From positions 2,422,281 to 2,486,280 of the forward strand of contig CAJINV010000013.1 in the NCBI GenBank assembly GCA_905178155.1: a DNA stretch of 64,000 bases. Reading direction: 5' to 3'. The notes under the pieces were generated by a model. It searched no databases and was not told where the DNA came from. It saw only the letters and a list, made by a program, of their open reading frames with translations. Made by a program: the position numbers and the translations under genes. Position 1 is the first letter of the stretch. Each line of letters opens with the position of its first letter. Below, one piece after another: positions 34,228-46,245 of this stretch. Source of the DNA: Amoebophrya sp. A120. Lineage: Eukaryota; Protista; Dinoflagellata.

Positions 34228-35268
34228 TGTCTTCCACCAGCGCCCTGTCGCTAAGACACGAAAGTGGTGTTGCTTTCGTGTTTTAGTGAGCCATCGCCTG
34301 CTGTGGTCGGGAAAATTCTTTTAGAAAGGTTAAGCAGGATCAGGAATCCTTCGTCTGTGACGAGGAAACCGAAAAAATGCTCGCTTCCAGGAGTTTCGGG
34401 CACCTGCCCCTGCAGCACAACGAAAGGACGCAATATGTCGGCCAGCACACACTGTACTCATACATTAAATTGCATTTTTCCCTGAACATGCGTTATGAAG
34501 TCGTTTAGGAGCAACAGGAGATCCATCTGTCCTACTGAGTACTTCATGACTCATTTCGATATCCATACATCACGTTCAACATGTAGCAGTTCTAGAGGAA
34601 CATACCACGAGGATAAATATGACAAGACATTGAACTGCATTTGTTACCCACAGATACCGCTCCCAGCTGAAGGCCATATCCGGACCAAGACACCACGGGA
34701 AGCCAGTGCATAAGAGATGGAACAGCTGCCACTCAATAAGATGCACCGAGAAAAACTGGTGCAACAGAAATCGAGACGCGAATACAGGTACACATTCTGT
34801 GAGTGAAGACCACCATGACATGATAAAGATCGTAAGTTGCGGATGATTCTGTTGAGCATGATCTTCAACATGAAAATCTGGCTCAGCATCACGATGCTGA
34901 ATGAACTAATTTTGCTTTTGAATAGTATATGTCGGACAGTTACTCGCAGGCCATAAGAGGCGAGCAAACTGTTGATTTTGAATAGTACCAATCAACGCAA
35001 AACTTCAGCCGCCTTCGATGTGCATCGGCCCCTGAAGACGGCTATCGAGGACCCAGTTTGGCATCCGGAGTGGAAGGTAACGCAGCTGGGTAACAAACTG
35101 GTGACCAGTGGAACGGACGACTTCCGCCAATACGCCCAGCAGTCCGCCTGGGATCTGCATCGGCCGCTCAACCTCGGCGAACCGAACTGGGGCGGACGAA
35201 GAAGGAACATCTACCCTCGGGCGGCCTACGTCTGCGCCACAGGGATGAGCGCGAGCTTTGAGCAATAA
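34228..35268 (+). CDS. Hypothetical spliced protein; possible frameshift near 34712
   Basis: Exon-like blocks VKQDQESFVCDEETEKMLASR, EMEQLPLNKMHREKL and TNQRKTSAAFDVHRPL...SFEQ* with apparent GT-AG junctions. Confidence 0.4.
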
Positions 35269-36413
35269 AGTTTTGAAGTTACAGATGATGAAAATTATGT
35301 TACGTGATTCGTTCGTCCCCTTCTAGACAGAGCTACGCCACTCCTCCTGGGTCTCCGAACTACAATTACCACTTACACTTACTTCTACGCCTCTTGTCAA
35401 TACATTGAACAGCAGCTGCTTCTGCCTCTGTCCAAATGACCTAAACTAAACTTGTCACAATAAGAATACAGTATTCTTCTACTCACTGCTCAGTCTTATA
35501 ATTTCTGCTGAGCCTGAGTGCCGCTTCGGGTTCGGGACCACAGTCAAAAAGAAACAAATGCTGGAGGGCTTTCAGAAGCAAACGCAACTATGTGAGTTTA
35601 TCAAATTGTAGGAAAAATTCTTATGGGAAAAATGAACCACCTTGTCCGCTCTCTGCTGGGAGTGGGAATCAATTTGTAAAAGTTGCCAAGAATTTACAAT
35701 TTCATTTTCCTCGATGGAAAAGAAAATATATGCGAAGCGAGATGTTGAGGAGACATCTTCGGAACCTAACCTGCACAGAGCTTTGGTCGATCAGAGGGAG
35801 CCCCGAAAAATCTACAAGGCGAAATGCCACAAGCTGGACGTGGCCACGTCTGGTAGCTTCTTCCAGTTTTCCATTTGATGGAAAAATGTTCGCGAGCAAT
35901 TTGTTTTTGTCGTAGTCGTCCTTTGGTTTGTGCGGCAGTCGTCCGGGGAAGAAAATTGAAAAGTTGTTTTGAACTTCGTGGCAAAGTCGGCGATCGCGTT
36001 CCATGTTGGTTCTTTTCGTCCTTTTCAGCGGTGTTTCTATCGTCCCGTTTCGTTTCGTGAAACCCATAGCGAGTAGTTTCTGATGTTAAGCATCCTTGTT
36101 GTTTGTGGCACTTTTTTGGACGTGGTTATAATGAATCGCGATTCTGTATCTGTTGCTGATTGCTTCCTCGTTTGAACATACACTGCGTAACCACATTGTT
36201 TAAACACCAGGCCCAAGAACACGGTCGACCGGCACGCCTAGGCTTTGCTCCTAAAGTAAGGAAATAAAAACAAGGCTCTGGAAGCATCTCCAAGAGCAAG
36301 CAACTCCAGAGTTTGAAAAAAAGCCAAGTAGAACAAAAAATCGCAAACCTACGGCCGCTAGAACAAGCACTTTTGTTCGGCGAAGTAGAATAGAAAATCA
36401 TACGTTTTACATC

Positions 36414-36665
36414 ATGACGGCCGACGAGCGCGAGCCCTCCGAGATCGAGGCCCTGCTGAACAATCGAAAAACCGCACTTGCCTATGTGTTCTTTAACTTT
36501 TCCTTTGTGGCCTTTATTTTCCTGCTGGACTGGCTCCATCGGGGATACGAGGACAGCCCGCGGACCTACGCCTACCCGCCGATGGAGCATGTGTACGAGG
36601 GTAAACCGTGGCTGCCGCCAGCAGACGAATTTGCCAAGCTCTATCCTGGGAGCTTCAGCAGGTGA
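36414..36665 (+). CDS. Small single-pass membrane protein (paralog of 39227)
   Basis: LNNRKTALAYVFFNFSFVAFIFLLDWLH. Confidence 0.6.
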   Translation: MTADEREPSEIEALLNNRKTALAYVFFNFSFVAFIFLLDWLHRGYEDSPRTYAYPPMEHVYEGKPWLPPADEFAKLYPGSFSR

Positions 36666-37622
36666 CAGCTTTGATACACAGAAATCATACTAGAGCCAGC
36701 TGGTGTTATTTTGACCCGTAGAAGGTATCCCCTTATCGGGTCGTCGCTGGACGATAAATTTGTTTTCCCAAAGTAAGTACAAAGATGTAGCACCATTTTC
36801 ATTGTGAAGATGCTGCATTGATGGCGCGCCTCATATTTTTTTCCAGTAGTCGGGCTTTCTCATAATGCCTCTTGAGAAGGTATCCCCTTGAGGTCGAAAA
36901 GCCAGGCACTTTTGTGCGCTCAGAATTTTTTCGTACGCATGTCGTGTAGCTGACGTAAGTAATCGCAACAGGAGATGATCAAATTGAAATTACTACTTCA
37001 CAAGAATTTCATTGTTCTTGATGATCTGTCGTGCGTGTTCACGGAGGGATATGTTTCGTCGACGCATTTCTGCTTTGGATTATCCGTGACTCTTTCCTTC
37101 TTCGTATTTACTAGACAGACACGACCAGATTTTGGCGTCTTTTCGGCAACTATGTTCTTTATTTGCTGGCTTTCTCGTTCTTTCGCAGTTTGCTGTCGTG
37201 TACGTCTCGCATGACGTTTACTTACGTCGATTCCATCGTTCGTAGTTGTCGTCCCTGGTTCGTCCAAAAATCCGTTCAAACCAGCCCCGCTCAAAAAATC
37301 GTGCAAGTTTTCTGTCCAGGTCCACGACGGATGAAGATGGCCTGCGATCCAGCCGCGCACAAGAAGAATTTCAGTGCTTGTTGTGCTTCATGGAGGCCCG
37401 GATCTCGAGTATCCGGTAGAAATCAATTTCGTTTTGATTTTCCAGACTATACACTTTGTTGCAGGTGGTACGAACAGCCCCCACCTGAAGAACCCTTCTT
37501 CATCCTGAAAATCGTAATTCTCCACATTAATATCAACATGACATTCATTCGTCTAAATCTCTATGCGGCCCTTGTAGCAACTGTAGTTCATGGATGAGCT
37601 TTAGTATTCCCCGGGAACGAAA

Positions 37623-38276
37623 ATGAGATCATACAAAAGTCTGCCCGGGGCATGGCACACAGCGCGCAGGACTACAGCTGTGGTGACGAGAACGGTGTTG
37701 TTTGGTGGTGCTGGGAAGATGATTCTATTCGGCGATGGGCAGGGGTGGTCGAGTACGGTGAACATCTTCGGGGCCGCCATGAAGATCGGAACAACGGTCG
37801 GCAAAAGGGAAAAAACCCGCAGCAAGAAGAGCCTGCTGTGGAACGAAAAAGAACACAAACAGCAGAACAAGCAGGAGACCGAGCACGAACACGGTGCGGG
37901 CAGCTCGCCGGCGGAGGGGTCGGTGGGACACTGCAATACCATGGAGTACTGCTATCGCGAGCGTCAGGATATTTCTCCGGACGAGCCGCGGACGTCGGCG
38001 GACTGGGAGTACGACGAATGCGTTCCAATTGACTCTGCGAAGCGGGAGACGGAGTCGCACCCGTTCATCATGACACTGCAGACGGATCCTAATTTCACGC
38101 CGGATGTCTATTGCGAGGGGAAGGAGCTTGACCCTTTCTACACTGTGTGCGCGCCCTCGTGCAATTTCGTCGACCTGATGGCCGTGCGCAACGGGACTAA
38201 TCAAACCGCGGAGAAGCAGCTGGAGTACAACGCGTCAAAGCAAAACGACGGTGCCGGCGACGATGGAAGTTGCTAA
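37623..38276 (+). CDS. Putative secreted Cys-containing protein
   Basis: 217-aa uninterrupted ORF, leader-like N-terminus, several Cys, N-glycosylation sequons (NGT, NQT, NAS). Confidence 0.6.
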   Translation: MRSYKSLPGAWHTARRTTAVVTRTVLFGGAGKMILFGDGQGWSSTVNIFGAAMKIGTTVGKREKTRSKKSLLWNEKEHKQQNKQETEHEHGAGSSPAEGSVGHCNTMEYCYRERQDISPDEPRTSADWEYDECVPIDSAKRETESHPFIMTLQTDPNFTPDVYCEGKELDPFYTVCAPSCNFVDLMAVRNGTNQTAEKQLEYNASKQNDGAGDDGSC

Positions 38277-39226
38277 GTGTTTCTACTGTGAGCACGACAT
38301 GAAAAAGAGCACCGGTCTGTTTTGAAGTGCTACCAATGGAGCTACTAACTAGAGTAACTTACTACTAGGGGTCGCTCCTCTAGGCGCAGGCAGGTCACTT
38401 ATACTGCTCGTTATAGGTTTTCCATCTTTATTATTTTCCGGAAAATCAAAATCTGGAATACAACGTACATGTAGTCCTTGTTTTTGTTGCAAGTACACAG
38501 TATTAATTTCCGCCCTGCTGCATGTCTTTTCTTTCTACTGACAGCGAAAATCCGTACTTAAGCAGTCTGAATCTTCTGTGCAGTCGCAATTCTTCGCGCT
38601 CCTAGCACGTCCTCGTTCTCCTGTTGCGGTGTTTCTTTCCCTGCACCCCACAGCATGGTATCTTTCTTGTCGTTTTTTACGAAACTTTATACTTCGTATT
38701 CGTCGGTCATTGATTCACATATTATATCTTCTTTCATCGTCCACAGTTCGTCCACCATTCTCAAAGAAAGTCGTGCCTTCATGTCGTTGTCGTTCGTGCC
38801 TTCATGTCGTTGAAAAACAGTCTCTCCTTCTCTCATTTGCAGGCCACAGCTCTACAACTTCAGCGAACCAACTAACCACTCCTTCGGTACAAATCAATGC
38901 ATCAGCCCCTCGCTTACGCTTCCAGTGCCCGATCATGATTATCCCGACTCTCTAGAAGAATTCAGTAGCAGGTCCGTACCCCCAACCTGTTTATTGAAAT
39001 TCGAGAAGTAGATTAAGTATTTCGACAAGCAAGGTATGTACTGAGTTTTGTCCCCTCTCCTGCTGTCTCGCAAGAAACGTTTGCTAGCAAAGCAAGTCGA
39101 GTTGTACCAGTTGTACCTGAAGACGTTAGTCTCATGGAAAAAGTAACGGATTTATGATTCCCCCAAAGATCATGCAAACACAGACATCACATCAGCAAGG
39201 CTGTCTCGTCGTCTCCCGAAAAGATA

Positions 39227-39484
39227 ATGTACAAATCCTTCGATGACTTTCTGAACGATCGCCGCACCGCAATCTCGTATTTGCTATTCAACTTCACCTT
39301 CGTTTTTGTCGTTTTCGTGCTGGATTTTCTGCACAAGCCCGTAGTGGAGGAAAAAGTGTCTTCGCAGGGAGGATCGTCTCCAGATACTTCTAGTACGCCG
39401 CAGTCGACGAATACCCGCGACCATCCTGCCGAAGCTTCAACTTCTCCAGAAGACAATTCCGCGGCGAATAGCGGTGAGCTGTAG
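39227..39484 (+). CDS. Small single-pass membrane protein (paralog of 36414); may splice onward at GT 39474
   Basis: LNDRRTAISYLLFNFTFVFVVFVLDFLH. Confidence 0.55.
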   Translation: MYKSFDDFLNDRRTAISYLLFNFTFVFVVFVLDFLHKPVVEEKVSSQGGSSPDTSSTPQSTNTRDHPAEASTSPEDNSAANSGEL

Positions 39485-39805
39485 GATACATAAGCTCATA
39501 AATATTTTCAAGACCCGCTGCGAGAGCGAACTTCTTTTTCATCTCGAAGATAGAGAAGACCACAGACGGAGTGAAAGAAGGACAAACGGCGCAACTCTTT
39601 CCCACCAGTTCAGCCGGCAGCTCAAGACCTTTTGAAGAGGCAGGGGAAGTTTTCTTGCCGGAACCGTTGACACAGCTGCAGCTGCAACACCGGAGGTCGG
39701 CGTTGGTTTATAACCGCCTTTGTCCGCAAGGACTCTGTCAATTGTGCCCAGCACAGTGCCTCCTCGGAAAAGCTGCAAAAGAACCGAAGCACCTAGTAGA
39801 ACCCG

Positions 39806-42464
39806 ATGGCTCCGCAGCCTTTCCTCGACCTGCCCACCGTTCTGCTCGGCGACGGGCAGTTGCGGGATGTGGGTAATTTTCACGAAAAGTCGTTCTACCG
39901 AATCTGGACGAAGGACCACAAACTGCAGCACCTGTTGCAGCAAACCAAGATGGCTTACTCGCAGCTGATGGAGCTGCTGCCCACCGACGGGGTTTCGCTC
40001 GGCAAGCAGCACCTGGTGGCCTCGCCCTCGGAGACCGCGGGTCAGAAGGTACGCATGTTCGAGACTGGGATGCTGCTGAATCTTTTGTCCACGGCCGAAG
40101 AAATTTGGAAACAGGACACCAACACCTGCAACATGCTGCAGGAGCGCGCGCAGGTGCAGCTGAACTTGATTCTGGAGGAGCAGAACCTGTACACCTTGAA
40201 GCAGGAAGAACGAAAATTGTTTCAACTGGTCGCGAACCTGATGGGGCGGCACGTGTGGCACCCGGAGGAGTACTGGGACATGGCCTGCTACCCGGACGTG
40301 AAGTCGGTGGAGCGGTACTGGATGGGCGCGCGAATGCTGTTTGACACGACCGTGAACCCCTACGCGGACCTTTCCTACGCCCGCGGCGCGGAGAAAAATC
40401 TGGACGTGACGGACAGCAACTTCCACGCGGCCTGGGAGCGCATCAACCAGGGCAGCGCGAACCAGCGGGACAACGTGTTGGGGAACGTGAGCGAGCACCG
40501 CACGGAGGCGGAGGACGCCCAGCAACTCATGTCCGAGGCGCTGTCGCCCTTCCAGGCCCGCCCCAGCACGCACTACTCGCACAGCGGGAACAAGTTCGGG
40601 CGGAAGCTGAACCCGATGCTGGACTTGTATGACCGGCACTACGCCATGCACCTGCGCCAGCACAAGATCGAGGGCCGGAGAACGGACGGCACCTCCGACG
40701 ACCACCAGCAGCACCCGCAGGGCGCCGCGGGCCTCGGGGACGACCGGGCCATGGGTGACGAGAAGTTGCGGTCAAAATTCGGCCACAAGCAGTGTCCCCC
40801 GGACGCACAGGACTTAGAATTCTTCCGCATTTGCCGCCGGGAAACAGAGCGGACGACCGCGCAGCTGCTGTCCGAAGCGGATTTGCTGAAAAAAGAGATC
40901 TAGGGATTGGAAAAGTCTATGTATCGTCTATTTACGATTTACTGGTTGTAGTATTTTTGCATCACAAACTTTCAATTTCATAAACAAAAAACAAATTATG
41001 AAATTATTTCGGTAATCGTGCTGTGAAGATGCAGGAGCAGGTAAGACTCAGATGGTAGATTTGTGTTTGTCATGCAACAATATTGCGATTACGATTAGTA
41101 CGAGTAACCGATACATAACTTTTCCAATGCATAAGCTCACGACGCGGGAGGTGAAGTTCACGACGAGACGAGCGCAATTGGTGCACAAAATCTACGACAC
41201 AAACGCGAAGTTTCAGCTGTTATCCGCCGCGGAGGCGGACCAACTGAAGTACGAACTGTCCCTGTTGCGGAAGAGACGGAAACTTTTGAATCTGATGAAC
41301 GCGTGTCTGGACGAGATTCGGGAGGGGCGGATCGACTTCTTTGCCCGCATCGAGCTCGTCGACAAAGAGGCCGAGCTGCACATCGCGGTGGACGAGCAAC
41401 TGCTCGCGAAGCACGGAAAGCACAAACCCGCGGAGCTCGCGGCCCGGGTGGCGTGTCACCAGGCGCTGTCCAACGCCTTCAAATTTGACCCGGAGGACGA
41501 TCCGAACTACGCCGACAACGCGGTGAAAAAAGCCATGCAGTGGGACTACAACGCCGCGGACTTCTATGAAAGTGTCAGAATCGAAATTGACAAAATCGAA
41601 AAATTTGTGATGCATAAAATCGATACCAGTTGGAGCCTCAGTTTGTAAGTGGCGCATGACAAATTTCGGGAGCAACCAAATCCAGTCTGTCATGCTGTTT
41701 GGGCAAAGAAGACTGCTCCTGTCGTGCTACTCTGGCAGCACATTGCATATACCCAAACACGCTTACAATCAGTCGCATTTGCCTGCTCCCCAATACAGGC
41801 CTCCAGTGCCCTACATTTTATGCATGAGAAATTCTTTCAACTTTGTCGATTTCGATCCTCACACATCCATAACTTCCTGTTCGACGAGACGGCGCGGAAA
41901 TTGAAGGACCTGCAGGGGTATCAAATGCAAAACTGTCTGGGTCTGGAAGAATGCAACTTGTGATGCTGCGCTTGGATTCCAAAAACATCTGTATTGCATG
42001 AGTACCAAAGGGAATGCAATTTTTGCTACGCTGAGGAGGCATTTGTCATGCGGAATAGGCATCAAGAAGCCCTCAAAAAATCTGTATTGCTAGGGTATGC
42101 ATCACCGACATCGTGGCTCGTCATGCAAAACGTGCATGACAAGTTTCAGAATCTTCCAGACCCAGACATTTTTACAGTTGATAAGGGGGTCAACGTGCTG
42201 GAGTTGGCCGGGACGCCGGTGCCGGAAAAGCAGGACATGATACACGCGGAGCTGGAGCTGCTCAACCTCGCGATGATAGAACTAGAAAGGGACACGCCGG
42301 ACGGGTTGCTGGATGACCGACTGAAGTTTTTGGTGGACATTATCCGAACCAAGATAAAACGCTTGAGGATCGTCGCCATCCAGTCGGCCTATAATCTCTT
42401 CGAGGTGGAAAACGCAAAAAAGAGCTTGCGAGCCGCCTTCCGACAGAATAACATTGTCGCGTGA
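39806..42464 (+). CDS. Hypothetical helical protein, >=4 exons
   Basis: Strong GC3 codon bias; junctions KKEITTREVKF, ADFLFDETARK and LQGVNVLE after removing three introners. Confidence 0.7.
40901..41133. mobile_element. Introner
   Basis: ATTGGAAAAGT.TATGTATCG / CGATACATAACTTTTCCAAT; flanks AGATC/AGCTC. Confidence 0.85.
41565..41871. mobile_element. Introner
   Basis: ATCGAAATTGACAAA / TTTGTCGATTTCGAT; perfect TSD ACTTC. Confidence 0.9.
41919..42183. mobile_element. Introner, family A
   Basis: TATCAAATGCAAAACTGTCTGGGTCTGGAAGA / TCTTCCAGACCCAGACATTTTTACAGTTGATA; perfect TSD AGGGG. Confidence 0.92.
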
Positions 42465-43335
42465 GAAGTAAGTTGTCGACGAGCAGGACGAGGACAATGG
42501 GGAATGGTTATATATTTTGCTTCAGGTAGGCGAAATTCAAATTCAAATTTTACAGAACTTGACTGATGTCCACGCGGACAGATCGATGCTGTGGACGAGG
42601 AGCAAAAGTTGTAGAACCTAGTTATCTGTAATATCTCACCTGCCCTTTATGAATTCTTGTTGTGTCTTGGTATCCCCATGGCACCGTGCTTCTTTTGATT
42701 CTGGGGTTATTAAAAAGCCACCCAAAGTTGTGATTCTCATCTCTCGTCTTACTCTTAGTTACCCTGAAGCGACACATGACATCAAACGCTGTACCCCAGT
42801 GCTGGAACAAAATACTCTTTGTGGTCGATCGCATTTTCGTTTTCATGGAGGAACTACTTCATCACATGATAACACACGTGAATAAAAGCACGAAACAAGA
42901 GCCGCACAGCTCCTTCGTTTGGAGTGTTACGCTACGTTGACGCGTTGCGTTTGCCCCGGTCGAAGAGCTTCCAGCTCTACTTGGTACGACTGTTTTCTTC
43001 CTTTGTCGTCTGACCATCGAGAAAGCGAGGAAAAAAGATAGATTTTCCGAGTGAAAATCTGGGGTGAGTGACGGAAGGCAGGGGAATCGGTAGTACTTTC
43101 ATCTATACGCAGTTTTCTTCACGTTTGTTGGGCAGGCTCCTGCTGAGTATTTCTAGAGATGACTGTGCTCACTGTCACTTCTGATTTATTTGCACTTGTT
43201 CGGCTTCGGAAGACCCGATCTGCGAGCGTGGGAGTAAAATAACGAGCAATAAGAGCACTACTTACCGGCAAAAGCATTGTTTATCGTTCCTAGAAGCCTG
43301 ATGTGAGTCCTTGAGGTTGGTAGGACATTCTCATT

Positions 43336-46245
43336 ATGGCAACTCCTGCCTCCTCTTCTTCGCTGGCGGGAACATCAATCATGTTTTTCCCCAGCGGCCA
43401 CGCAATGGCGCCACCGCAGCCAACAAGCGGCCAGCACGGATCATTTTCCTGTGGCAGTTCTGGTTCTTCGGGGAGCTGCCCGGCGGAGATGTTGACGTAT
43501 GAGTCGGTACATGCTCAAATTTCCGTGTTCGAGGAAATGGTGGAAAACCGAAGGCTCGCGAAGCTCATCGAAATGGACGACCACGTGGGCGTCTCCTTCC
43601 ACCTGGCCACCGGGATCTGCCTCGCGTCGACCATCTTTTTCTTTGCGCAGGTAGCCTTCGTACCCGATCGATGGAGGAATTCCATGGTGATCGCAGGGCT
43701 GGTTACAGGTATAATTGAGATTGAAGAGCAACTCGCTTCATTTTTTTTTCCTGGAAGATCAAGATTGTCTTTTGCGGTAGTCTACTAACCAGCCAGCAGG
43801 ACAGAGAAAGCTTGATTAGACACCACAATGAACAAATAGCGGTGCTTTATATAAATGACAAAATGATGTTGAAAATGATAATGAAGGTGTGGCCTGGCAT
43901 CACTACCAACACATGCAAGAGATCTGGGAAGACACGTCAAAAGCCCCGACCATTTATCGCTACATGGATTGGTTTGTGACCGTGCCCCTCCAAGTGATCG
44001 AGTTTTACCTGATCCTTGTCGCCGCGAACCCAGACGACAACATTTCCGTCCCCGCTTCCCTGTTCTACCGCCTCCTGATCGGCTCCATTTTTATGCTGGG
44101 CTTCGGGTACGCGGGCGAGGCCGAGTGGATGGACCGGTGGGGGGCCTTTGCCGCGGGCTGCTGCTGCTGGGCGTACATTATGTACGAGGTAAGTACGAGG
44201 AAACAAAGATCACTAAATTTCTTTTCATGAATCACTTCTGTGGGTGTGCTCTCGTCGTGCTGCGGCACCCTGTTGCATTAATGACTTGTTTTATATGCTT
44301 TGTACAAGCATTTCGAATTACTCTAAAACGAAATCGCAAACGAACAATATTAAAAGAATAACTTCACACAGCACATGAAACACAGATTTCCTTTGGCGAG
44401 GCCGCTCGCATTTCCGGGAAGATGGGGTTGACCGACCGCGATCTGTTCCTGCGCTTTGTTTCGGGCCGCACCAAGGAGGACCTCGAGGAAGAAAAGGAAA
44501 ACGAAAAAATCATCCAGCAAGCCAAGAACGTGAAAGCCGCTGAGATGATGAAGATGAGCAGCGACATTCACACACCCTCGCTGTTGACCACTTCGGACAA
44601 CATGCTGCAAGACAGCACTGCAGTGTCGATGGACGACAACTTCATGCAGGAGCACAAAAAAATCATGGAGCAGATGGATTTTTCCATCTCCTCCCCGTCC
44701 ACAAACAACAAAACCGCATCAAAGAAAGGAGCCCAGCAGGGTGGTTCTGGTTCTCTCTCCTCGCCCAAAATAAACAACGGTCCGCCGTCGGGGCAGAACC
44801 AGACCCTCGCGGGAGCACTGGTGACCAGCATGTCCTCCGCCTTGCGGGTGGACCAGGTGAATGCCGATTCCGTGGCGATGCAGGACTACAAGAAACCGGA
44901 GGCACAGCTGGCCTTTGAAATTCTGCGGGCGATCTTCATTTTCGGCTGGGCACTCTACCCCATTGGATATGCGGTGAAGGGGGACGGAACCAATATTACG
45001 CAGGGGGTGGAGAACACGTTGAATGGTATCTATGATAGGAACTTACTACAATAGTTCATCTGGGGTCTACATCTACTACCTTTTGTGCAAGTAGTGCAAT
45101 GAAAAACAATAAGTTTCCTTTGCATAGTTGTATCAAATGAAAATAGAAACAACTTTACAGCCGTCTACAACGTGGCCGACTTGATCAACAAAGTGGCCTT
45201 CGGTGGGGCAATCTATTACGCTGCCTGTTCGAACGTCGAGGCCGAGAAGGCCGAACTGTACGCGTTGCGCGAGTCGTTAGACCTGGAGATATCGCGAGAA
45301 AAAAGTGTTACAGTTACACATTTGTTGGAGCTCTTTCTGCATCACAAATTTTCTCTGTGTGGCAGAGAAAACTTGTAATGCGAAGATCATAAGGGAAAAC
45401 AGGAAGGAAATGAGGCTGCCAAGCATTTCCTGCATGAGAAAGGTTGTCTGTGTTGCCGGTCTTGCAACACAATCTGTAACTGTAACACTTTTTTCTTACG
45501 ATAGGAGATGACGCAAAAGCAGTGGCTAAAAAAGCAGGCGAACGGCGGCGAAATAGAAATGGCGGATTGGTACAAGGTATCAAGTGTAAAAATGTCTGGG
45601 TCCTCTGGAAGATTGCCAGACTTGTCATGCATATTTTGCATGGCCCCTGATGGCTGTAATGCATGGCCTAGCATCACATATTTCTAGAAGGCTTCCTGAT
45701 AAGTACCTATTCTGCATGAGAAATGCCCTCTCCGTGTAGACCAAACTGGGCTCCTCTTGCTGGTCATGCAATACAGATTTTTTTCGAATCCGAAGACAGC
45801 GTTGGGGCGACTTGCCGTGGTAGCGCTCGGCTTTTGTATGTTGAGGTCGCCGAAAGTGCTTCCTCGCCCACCCCCCGGGGAGGGGATCCTTGACCTGTGG
45901 CGCTGGGTGCGGGTGTCCACTACATGATGATGATGACAGCGTGACAAGTTGCAATCTTCCAGACCCAGACATTTTTTCAATCCATACACGGCGAAGTTGA
46001 TCAAGCAAGCACGGAAGGAACAAATGATCGAGCAGAAGAGAATGTGGTACAGTGCTGTAGTAGTGTTGATTTCATTTCTACGTCCTTCGTCCTCGTCGAG
46101 TTTTCTTTTTTCGTACTTTCCGATTATTGAGAAACACTAGTACAAGTACAACAAGCAAGTACAGCCCACCATCTTAATGTGACACCACACTACCACCAGG
46201 AAAGCCATGTTCGCAAGTGGTGACGAAGGTGCCGCAGCGAATTAG
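43336..46245 (+). CDS. Proteorhodopsin-type microbial rhodopsin with E-F loop insertion and C-terminal extension, 7 exons, ~537 aa
   Basis: Exons 43336-43708, 43887-44188, 44386-45025, 45161-45289, 45509-45577, 45992-46046, 46200-46245 (1614 nt). Motifs GVSF..LASTIFFF, GLVTGVAWHHY, RYMDWFVTVPLQVIEFYLIL, MLGFGYAGE, GWALYPIGY, YNVADLINKVAFG. Confidence 0.92.
45290..45503. mobile_element. Introner, family D (TATCRYRAGAAAAAAGTGTTACAGTTACA TIR)
   Basis: Perfect TSD GGAGA. Confidence 0.92.
45578..45986. mobile_element. Introner, family A, inverted relative to 41919 and with extra internal sequence
   Basis: TATCAAGTGTAAAAATGTCTGGGTC / GACCCAGACATTTTT..CATA; flanks CAAGG/CACGG. Confidence 0.85.

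Noticed and set aside
39539-40714. 391-aa minus-strand ORF and similar antisense ORFs (e.g. 14474-15172, 15530-16252)
   Set aside because: Shadows of GC3-biased + strand genes with non-protein-like composition.
44422-44890. Rhodopsin insert as an in-frame intron
   Set aside because: No TIR/TSD or convincing splice pair, and codon usage looks exonic; not excluded without RNA data.
45803-45870. Functional tRNA
   Set aside because: No TTC T-loop or canonical T-arm; kept only as possible cargo.
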